Shown here: positions 57,954-64,000 of the stretch, piece by piece
Layout of the letters: the number at the start of each line of letters is the position of its first letter
Position numbering within the stretch: position 1 is the stretch's first letter
IMG/VR virus record: IMGVR_UViG_3300032213_002044
Location: 770 to 64,769 of that record
Reading direction: 5' to 3' (one strand)
DNA: 64,000 nucleotides
Source: a virus
Taxonomy: Duplodnaviria; Heunggongvirae; Uroviricota; Caudoviricetes
Notes under the pieces: model-generated
What the model saw: only the letters and a program-made list of their open reading frames with translations
Databases searched by the model: none
Told to the model about the DNA's origin: nothing
Translations under genes and position numbers: made by a program

Positions 57954-57960
57954 AAATATT

Positions 57961-57992
57961 TTTGGTCGTTCCAAAAACATTTCGTATATTTG
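57961..57992 (+). promoter_or_regulatory. Bacteroidetes-type promoter (TTTG-N20-TATATTTG)
   Basis: TTTGGTCG ... CATTTCGTATATTTG. Confidence 0.45.
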
Positions 57993-58054
57993 TATTATTA
58001 AATAACAGTCGAACCATAAACTGATTGGTGTAGACACAAAAACAAAACACAATT

Positions 58055-59764
58055 ATGGCAACAAGAATTGCACAGACTAAATCTGTTTTAGATTTAGTGG
58101 ATTTTCAGAAAGATGGATATCTATTCCATCAACTTTCAAAAGGTAGTAAGTTTACAATCTCAAATGTACCGATTGGCGTGTACAATCAACTTTTTACCAA
58201 TTCAGTAATTAATCCTACACCCAGGTATCAAAGACCTTACATCTATACCGATATATTTGGGGGTGATGGTGATGAGTGGCAACAAAATTTAGTTGCGGCG
58301 GTATCTAAGGGTGAATTTATTCAACCTATCCATATTAGATTTAGAACCAAATCTATTAATTTAACCGAACAGACAAAATCAGTTGATTATTACACATTAG
58401 AAGTTTTAGATGGAGGTCATCGAACTCGTACAATATGTAATTTTATTGCGGGTAAAATCAAAACACCTTCTGATTTTATACTTTCAATTGATGGTCTAAA
58501 ATATGAATGTTCTAATTTACACTTCTCTGAATTGGAAGAAGTTGTAAAAAATTATTTCCTTTCTATTGAATTAACACTTTGTGTTCATTACAATTTAAGT
58601 AACGATGAAGCGGGTGAGAGATTCAGAACCCTTAACAATCTACATGATATGAGTAGACAAGAGAAGAGAAGTTCTTTCTACAAACATATCGCTCGTATAA
58701 TCAGAAATATGGGAGCAGTAGATTTATCACAATACAGAATGTTCTCTGAATTAGAACCAAATAATAATAATTCCCTTAAACATATTGGAATTAGTCTAGA
58801 AAAAGATAGTAGAGCAACCGATGAATTGGTTGCTACTTTATTTCATCTTTTCTCAAATATGACTAAGGGTAATTTAGATTCATATGTAAAATCAAATCAT
58901 AGCGTAATAGATGCTATGTACAAAAATGATTCATCTGAAGATAATGATGAATCTACATCCAAATTTAATTCATCAACTGAGGTTTACCAAAGAGTTACAA
59001 AAGTTTTGGAGTTCATTAACAAACTTACAGTTGATAACAATGATATCAATGCATTAAATTTCTCTAAGAAGAAACTTACCAAATCATCTATTATTAAATT
59101 GGCAATCTTTTTTGATTGGGTGTTTGTTACCTCAAAGAGTTCAAAATTGAAAATAGAAAATTTCGATGCTGAAACATTTTGGAAAAAACTTTATGATAAA
59201 GTTACTTCCATAAAGATTCCTCACATTGAATATCAAACTTACAAACTTAAAAACGGAAAAGTAGTTATCGATGAAGCTGGAAAACCTGATAAAAAGGTGA
59301 TACCATCCGCGTGGTCAGTTTGGGGTACAGGTGATAGGTTAGATGATATGCAATATATTCTTTTACACTTAATGTTAGATTTTGATATCGTAGAATGGGG
59401 ATTTACTAAAACAAAGAAACACAATCTAAGAGAATTCACCGATGCTCAAAAGGAACAATTATACAAAGAGCAAAACGGAATATGTAGAAGAACCGGCAAA
59501 CCTTTAGTTGATATGAAGAGAGCTGCTGACCACATTATTCCTTATTCATACGGAGCACCTACAATTGTTGAAAATGGTCAATTGATTTGTGCAGAAGTTA
59601 ACGGAAATAAATCATCCGGAGTAAGTATTGATGATGTAAAGTTGGTATGTAAACGTATGGGATATACAAAGGTTGAATCTTTAATTGATATGTTTGAAAC
59701 AAACACATCAGAGCTTCTACCGGAAGATATTGAATTGGTAGTAAAGAAGGTATTTAAATCTTAA
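58055..59764 (+). CDS. DUF262 (ParB-like) + C-terminal HNH (His-Me finger) protein, GmrSD-like architecture
   Basis: N-terminal PRYQRPYIYTD and LDGGHRTRTI (cf. DUF262 QRxYxW / DGQQR); C-terminal ADHIIPYSYGAPTIVENGQLICAEVNGNKSSG HNH block. Confidence 0.5.
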   Translation: MATRIAQTKSVLDLVDFQKDGYLFHQLSKGSKFTISNVPIGVYNQLFTNSVINPTPRYQRPYIYTDIFGGDGDEWQQNLVAAVSKGEFIQPIHIRFRTKSINLTEQTKSVDYYTLEVLDGGHRTRTICNFIAGKIKTPSDFILSIDGLKYECSNLHFSELEEVVKNYFLSIELTLCVHYNLSNDEAGERFRTLNNLHDMSRQEKRSSFYKHIARIIRNMGAVDLSQYRMFSELEPNNNNSLKHIGISLEKDSRATDELVATLFHLFSNMTKGNLDSYVKSNHSVIDAMYKNDSSEDNDESTSKFNSSTEVYQRVTKVLEFINKLTVDNNDINALNFSKKKLTKSSIIKLAIFFDWVFVTSKSSKLKIENFDAETFWKKLYDKVTSIKIPHIEYQTYKLKNGKVVIDEAGKPDKKVIPSAWSVWGTGDRLDDMQYILLHLMLDFDIVEWGFTKTKKHNLREFTDAQKEQLYKEQNGICRRTGKPLVDMKRAADHIIPYSYGAPTIVENGQLICAEVNGNKSSGVSIDDVKLVCKRMGYTKVESLIDMFETNTSELLPEDIELVVKKVFKS

Positions 59765-59801
59765 AACAAAGGGGAGGAGAAATCCTCCCTTTATTATTGT
59801 T

Positions 59802-61016
59802 ATGATAAAAGAATATTTTAAAAAGTTTTATGGAATGACTCCCTATCTTCGAATAGAGAAAGATGAGTGGAAGCATATCATAAACACATATACAAAAGAG
59901 GAGATTGTAGATGAACTTTCCGAAGTGCTACATTCCTATCCACCACCGATACCTAGAATTACCGAAGAGGATACAATTGATGCTTATAAGAAATTAAAAG
60001 GTACCTGGTGGCCTGATATCTTAGTTGAGGGTAAATGGTTTCCTCGTAACGAAAGGCAATCTACATATCCCCTAACATACGATGGTAGTAATTACTATTT
60101 TAAACGTACTAATGTAGGTAATAATGCTTCGAATCCTTTCCATATCGAAAATCGTTGGAAGGTTGATTGGGTTAGAACTCCTTCGGGATGGAAAACATGG
60201 CAAACGGTAGATGGTATTAAAACGATTGTAAGAGCATATTTTACTTTGGATAAGATGTTATTAGATGTAACGGAAGAAACCCTTAGAACTGCCACTACAT
60301 TACGAAAATATGTAGCATCTCAATTTAAACCCGTCATAGCAAAGGCATTTTACGATAGATTTAAGAGTGAGAATGTATTAGATTTTTCTGCGGGGTGGGG
60401 TGATAGAATGTGTGGATTCTTTGCAGGTGAAACTACTAAATTTTATTTAGGTATTGACCCAAATAGTAATAACCATCCTAACTACCAAAAACAGATTGAG
60501 TTCTATAAGAAACACCAAACGTTTTTTGAGAGTGATAAAGAGGTTGAGATGTTAGATATGGCAGCCGAAGATGTGGATTATTCCAAATACACAGATTTCT
60601 TTGATACTATCTTCACTTCCCCTCCATATTTCAACACAGAGAGGTATAGCTTCGATGAAACCCAAAGTTGGATACGTTATAAGAAGTTTGATGATTGGAA
60701 CAAAGGATTCCTCCAAAATACCCTAGAAAAGGTTATTCCTACTCTTAAAAAAGGTGGAATTATGGCAATCAATATAGCGGATGTATTTTCGGCTCCTGAT
60801 AAGGGGTATGTAGATATAACCAATTCTATGAACGATTTCCTCCATTCTAAGGGGTTAACTTATAAAGGGTGTATTGGTATGGAAATGACAAAAAGACACA
60901 ACAGCGGAGGTGCTGGGAGGGCCATATCGGATTATTTCTCAGAGGAACTAAGGGATAAGGTAGAAGAGGCTAAAAATCAAGCATTTGGAGAACCAATTTG
61001 GATATGGGAAAAATAA
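59802..61016 (+). CDS. Putative SAM-dependent amino-methyltransferase (SPPY motif), paralog of 51038
   Basis: VLDFSAGWGDR (motif I-like) then IFTSPPYFNTERYSFDETQSW, nearly identical to the 51038 block. Confidence 0.45.
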   Translation: MIKEYFKKFYGMTPYLRIEKDEWKHIINTYTKEEIVDELSEVLHSYPPPIPRITEEDTIDAYKKLKGTWWPDILVEGKWFPRNERQSTYPLTYDGSNYYFKRTNVGNNASNPFHIENRWKVDWVRTPSGWKTWQTVDGIKTIVRAYFTLDKMLLDVTEETLRTATTLRKYVASQFKPVIAKAFYDRFKSENVLDFSAGWGDRMCGFFAGETTKFYLGIDPNSNNHPNYQKQIEFYKKHQTFFESDKEVEMLDMAAEDVDYSKYTDFFDTIFTSPPYFNTERYSFDETQSWIRYKKFDDWNKGFLQNTLEKVIPTLKKGGIMAINIADVFSAPDKGYVDITNSMNDFLHSKGLTYKGCIGMEMTKRHNSGGAGRAISDYFSEELRDKVEEAKNQAFGEPIWIWEK

Positions 61017-61063
61017 TTTTAAAAATAAATTGGGTAAATGTTGTAAAATTGGAAAATTTTTTG

Positions 61064-61071
61064 TATATTTG
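61064..61071 (+). promoter_or_regulatory. -7 box TATATTTG
   Basis: TTTTTTGTATATTTGTGG. Confidence 0.35.
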
Positions 61072-61163
61072 TGGTATCTTTTTATAGTATCACTAGACCA
61101 GACAAGATAAAAGAAAAGCTTAAAAAAATAAAACTTAAAACAAAGAAAAAAAAAAGAAAAGAA

Positions 61164-61823
61164 ATGAAAAATTACACTAACGAACAATTAGAGAACAATT
61201 ACAAGAAGTTTATTTCAATTATCCAAAAATACACATCAGGTGAAAGACAAGAGAAGTTGCTGAAAATGTATTCTATGGATGAATTAGGTCCTAACCTTAT
61301 GTTATCACCTGCAAGTGGTAATAAAAACTTTCACAATGCATATGAAGGGGGTTATATTGACCATATTTTTAATGTGTGTAAAAATGCATTAAAAATGAAA
61401 AATCTTTTTGTTGATGCAGGATGTAAGATAGATTTTACTGATGATGAATTATTGTTTGCAGCATTGCATCATGATTTGGGTAAGTTAGGCACTAAAGGAA
61501 TAATGCATTATGTTCCTAATGATTCAGAATGGCACGTTAAAAACAGAGGTGAATACTTTAAAAGAAATGAAGAGAACACTTATATGACTTTAACTGATAG
61601 AACTTTCTTTTTATTAAATCTTTATGGTATTCAGCATAATGAAAAAGAATATTTTGGTATTAAACTTACAGATGGTATGTATGATGAAGATAATCAAAAG
61701 TATTTAAAGACTTATGTATCTGGTGCTTCTATTAAGACACCTATGTATCATATTCTGCATTTCGCAGATTCTATGAGTTCATTTATTGAAAGACAAGAAG
61801 CATTAGGTTCAGATATATTTTAA
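61164..61823 (+). CDS. HD-domain phosphohydrolase (start at the internal Met MKNYTNEQ; listed ORF 61071 begins in a poly-A/Lys tract)
   Basis: H...AALHHDLGK HD motif; HNAYEGGYIDH upstream His. Confidence 0.5.
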   Translation: MKNYTNEQLENNYKKFISIIQKYTSGERQEKLLKMYSMDELGPNLMLSPASGNKNFHNAYEGGYIDHIFNVCKNALKMKNLFVDAGCKIDFTDDELLFAALHHDLGKLGTKGIMHYVPNDSEWHVKNRGEYFKRNEENTYMTLTDRTFFLLNLYGIQHNEKEYFGIKLTDGMYDEDNQKYLKTYVSGASIKTPMYHILHFADSMSSFIERQEALGSDIF

Positions 61824-61846
61824 TTAACTGACACTTTTTCACACTT

Positions 61847-61889
61847 ATACTGACAATTTTACCATATCACTACGGTGGTATGGTAATTG
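61847..61889 (+). promoter_or_regulatory. Conserved leader element ATACTGACAAT-N18-TGGTATGGTAATTG, copy 2 of 2, upstream of hsp20
   Basis: Same two boxes and the same 18-nt spacing as 749-791 upstream of groES. Confidence 0.5.
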
Positions 61890-61919
61890 TTTTTATAGTA
61901 TAAACTAAACAAAAATATT

Positions 61920-62327
61920 ATGTACAACACAAACAAAAAAAATTACACAACACTTGATGAAGTATTTCAATCATTTTTCAATGATGCAATTTTCACTCCA
62001 TCTACACCAGCTGTAAAATATCAAAACTCAAGATTATCAATTGATGTAACAGACGAGGAAGCAGTTATTGCTTTATCAGTTTTAGGTCATAGTAAAGATG
62101 ATATTACTATCGAATTGGAAGAAGATGCAATTTTTGTAAAATCAGTAGAAAGAGAATTATCAAAAGTTGAAAAGGAACTTATCTCTACTATTAATGATAG
62201 AATTGCGGTAGGAGATAAATTTGATGGAGAAAAAACTTCAGCTAAAATCCTAAATGGTATTCTTTATTTAACTATTCCTAAGAAGGAAGAAGCAAAACCA
62301 AAAAAGGTTACGATTAAAGTTGGTTAA
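61920..62327 (+). CDS. Small heat-shock protein (Hsp20/alpha-crystallin family)
   Basis: 135 aa; alpha-crystallin-domain pattern ...LSIDVTDEEAVIALSVLGHSKDDITIELEEDAIFVK...ILNGILYLTIPKKEE. Confidence 0.7.
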   Translation: MYNTNKKNYTTLDEVFQSFFNDAIFTPSTPAVKYQNSRLSIDVTDEEAVIALSVLGHSKDDITIELEEDAIFVKSVERELSKVEKELISTINDRIAVGDKFDGEKTSAKILNGILYLTIPKKEEAKPKKVTIKVG

Positions 62328-62351
62328 TTGAAAAATTATTCCTATCTTTGT

Positions 62352-62385
62352 AAGGAAGGCTAATACTAGTCTTCCTTTTTTATTT
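62352..62385 (+). terminator. Rho-independent terminator
   Basis: AAGGAAG-gctaatactagt-CTTCCTT then TTTTT. Confidence 0.65.
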
Positions 62386-62421
62386 AATATATATTTATAA
62401 TATACAACAAACAAAAGTTTT

Positions 62422-62598
62422 ATGGCAAAATTTGAACAAAGAATTACAGACAACAACGAAGCAGTTAAACAAAGACTTCGTATCGTATTAGACATGATGA
62501 GAGGTGCTAGACCTGCTGATAATGTAGAAGCAATTAGATTATTAGAAGAAATTAAGTTTATGATTGATACAAACAATGACTTAATTACTTTAGGATAA
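62422..62598 (+). CDS. Small hypothetical protein (58 aa, unlisted)
   Basis: MAKFEQRITDNNEAVKQRLRIVLDMMRGARP...; stop 2 nt before the next ATG. Confidence 0.35.
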   Translation: MAKFEQRITDNNEAVKQRLRIVLDMMRGARPADNVEAIRLLEEIKFMIDTNNDLITLG

Positions 62599-62600
62599 AA

Positions 62601-63569
62601 ATGAATTGGTTAAAGGTATTAGTCGGATTATCAGCAGTTATAGTTGCCGGATGTGCAGCCTATTTCTCCGTAACTGGGTTGGGTGTACTCTTTGCGGGTG
62701 CATCTATTTCTGTTATGGTTATGGCGGGTTCATTGGAATTCGCTAAATTGGTTGCGGCTACCTACCTTAAACAGACTTGGGGTGAGATTAAGGGGTTTAA
62801 TAAGTGGTATTTAACACTTTCTGTGGGTATTCTGATGATAATTACCTCTGCGGGTATATTCGGTTACCTTTCTAATGCCTTCCAACAACAATCCTTACAA
62901 TTACAACAAGTGGATAGGGAAGTTGCGGTGTGGCAAACGAAAATAGACCAAAATAACACCCAAATTACCCAATTATCCACTCAAATTACCGAATCTAACA
63001 CCAATCAAGGTAAAATATTGGATGGTGGTAAGGTAAATAGTAGATTACTTCGCTCTGTAGATAATAGAGATAAGGAAATCAGTAAATTAAACGATAAAAT
63101 CGGTAAATTACAAACCGAAAATGCTACAAATACCGAAGAAATCAACAAAATTAAGATTGCTAACATCGATTTAGAGAAAGAAGTAGGTGGGTTTAGGTTT
63201 GTCGCTGAGGCATTTGGTATAGAATTGAAAAATGTAGTGAAATTCTTTATATTTTTGATTGTAATAGTGTTTGACCCTCTCGCAATTGCTCTTATTATCG
63301 CATTTAACGGGTTAGTAATGAAAAGAGAGGAAGAAAAAGTACCTTCTATGTATGAAGTTTACGGAGAAACTCCAATACTGAAATCAGAGAAAGATGCTGA
63401 AATATTTTTTAACGAAATAGAGAATCCATCAGAACCAAACGAACAATTAGTTAATGCGGCTACTCAATATAATGAGGACATAAAAAAAAACGAAATTAAT
63501 TCCACTACAACAAATGTGGAAGAAGATGGGGCAATCTTAACCGATGAAGAATTAAAAAAAAAGTCGTAG
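62601..63569 (+). CDS. Membrane protein with lipobox-like N-terminus, several TM segments and a central coiled coil
   Basis: MNWLKVLVGLSAVIVAGCAAY...; Q/N-rich coiled coil; second TM cluster FFIFLIVIVFDPLAIALIIAF; ends at the A AAA AAG heptamer plus 2 codons. Confidence 0.55.
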   Translation: MNWLKVLVGLSAVIVAGCAAYFSVTGLGVLFAGASISVMVMAGSLEFAKLVAATYLKQTWGEIKGFNKWYLTLSVGILMIITSAGIFGYLSNAFQQQSLQLQQVDREVAVWQTKIDQNNTQITQLSTQITESNTNQGKILDGGKVNSRLLRSVDNRDKEISKLNDKIGKLQTENATNTEEINKIKIANIDLEKEVGGFRFVAEAFGIELKNVVKFFIFLIVIVFDPLAIALIIAFNGLVMKREEEKVPSMYEVYGETPILKSEKDAEIFFNEIENPSEPNEQLVNAATQYNEDIKKNEINSTTTNVEEDGAILTDEELKKKS

Positions 63570-63823
63570 AAGATGAAGAACTTAACTTATTAACTAGAGA
63601 TTTATCCAAAAGGGGAATCGATTTAGATGGAGATGGTTCAATAGATGGATATGATTTAGATGGGGATGGATTAATTGATAGATGGAATTATTCGGGTGTT
63701 ATAATGCAAAAAGAAGGTAGGCTTCCCTACTACGCACAACCAGATTTTGATTGGAATGATAAATCTAAATGGATTAATGACCAAAACGCAGTTAATTATT
63801 GGATTGCTCATAGAAAAATTTAA
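63563..63823 (+). CDS. -1 frame extension (87 codons), translated only by a -1 frameshift or an indel in the A9 run; encodes DxDGDG Ca-binding-like repeats
   Basis: The -1 frame opens at a TGA at 63545-63547, just before the slippery site, and has no Met start of its own; DLDGDGSIDGYDLDGDGLID. Confidence 0.35.
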   Translation, partial: VVEDEELNLLTRDLSKRGIDLDGDGSIDGYDLDGDGLIDRWNYSGVIMQKEGRLPYYAQPDFDWNDKSKWINDQNAVNYWIAHRKI

Positions 63824-63842
63824 ATATTATACGAAATATTTG

Positions 63843-63870
63843 TAAATTTGAAAAAATTGTATTATATTTG
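63843..63870 (+). promoter_or_regulatory. Bacteroidetes-type promoter (TTTG-N19-TATATTTG)
   Basis: TAAATTTG ... TTGTATTATATTTG. Confidence 0.45.
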
Positions 63871-63891
63871 TATAATATTAAATAAAAAATA

Positions 63892-64000
63892 TGAAATTAA
63901 CTAAGATTGAAGCAGTTCCATTCACCAAATCAGATGAAGAACTAATTGAAAAAACACTAAAGAGATTTGCTAAACAAAATAATTTATCAGCAGTTTGTAC
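63892..64000 (+). CDS. Hypothetical protein, 5' part (runs off the window end)
   Basis: ATG 22 nt after the promoter box; MKLTKIEAVPFTKSDEELIEKTLKRFAKQNNLSAVC... with no stop before 64000. Confidence 0.35.

Noticed and set aside
61071-61163. N-terminal 31 codons of listed ORF 61071-61823
   Set aside because: That stretch is a poly-A/Lys tract (KEKLKKIKLKTKKKKRKE) overlapping the promoter TATATTTG box, so the downstream Met at 61164 (MKNYTNEQ) is the more plausible start.

Overview
This window is an AT-rich (~30% GC), very gene-dense segment of a large, probably jumbo, virulent phage. The likely host is a Bacteroidetes/Flavobacteriia bacterium. Evidence for the host: repeated promoters with a -33 TTTG box and a -7 TAnnTTT(G/A) box (TTTCGTATCTTTAC, TATATTTG), A-rich start contexts with no Shine-Dalgarno, and a tmRNA. 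About 125 ORFs are packed almost exclusively on the + strand, with stop/start overlaps and short arrays of rho-independent terminators. The two exceptions are a four-gene minus-strand island at 10.1-11.2 kb and one minus-strand gene at 53.7-54.6 kb. Recognisable contents: (i) a proteostasis module, GroES-GroEL-ClpS-cyclophilin at 0.8-5.2 kb, plus a distal Hsp20 at 61.9 kb that shares a conserved 5' leader element with groES. (ii) DNA/RNA repair and stress genes (Rnl2-like ligase fragment, UvdE, PhoH, HD, metallophosphoesterase, HAD) and a YciA-type acyl-CoA thioesterase. (iii) A phage-encoded tmRNA at 52621-52999 with a non-canonical tag ending ADYAVAA. (iv) Two tandem arrays of small paralogous genes: 8 proteins at 14.0-17.1 kb starting M(I/L)TIKNY, and 7 proteins at 23.2-27.1 kb sharing the N-terminal decapeptide M-I-K/R-L-K-D-I-L-x-E. 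(v) A ~13 kb auxiliary block at 38.1-51.0 kb. It holds an APS kinase, a small HxGH nucleotidyltransferase, four sulfotransferase-like proteins, three P4H-like 2OG-Fe(II) oxygenases, a flavin-dependent halogenase (GGGTAGW and WxWxIP motifs), a GT10 fucosyltransferase-like protein, an RmlC-like cupin, an amidinotransferase, SGNH hydrolases and Cys-rich proteins. I read this as a PAPS-dependent sulfation/hydroxylation/halogenation system acting on a glycan or a Cys/Trp/Pro/Tyr-rich peptide. It is the best candidate for a novel system in the window. (vi) A DUF262+HNH GmrSD-like nuclease next to one of two paralogous SPPY-motif methyltransferases. (vii) A candidate -1 frameshift at an A AAA AAG heptamer at 63557-63563. 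No integrase, CRISPR array or rRNA was seen, and tmRNA is the only tRNA-like gene found. All calls rest on motif-level reading of the six-frame translations and the DNA. No database search was run.
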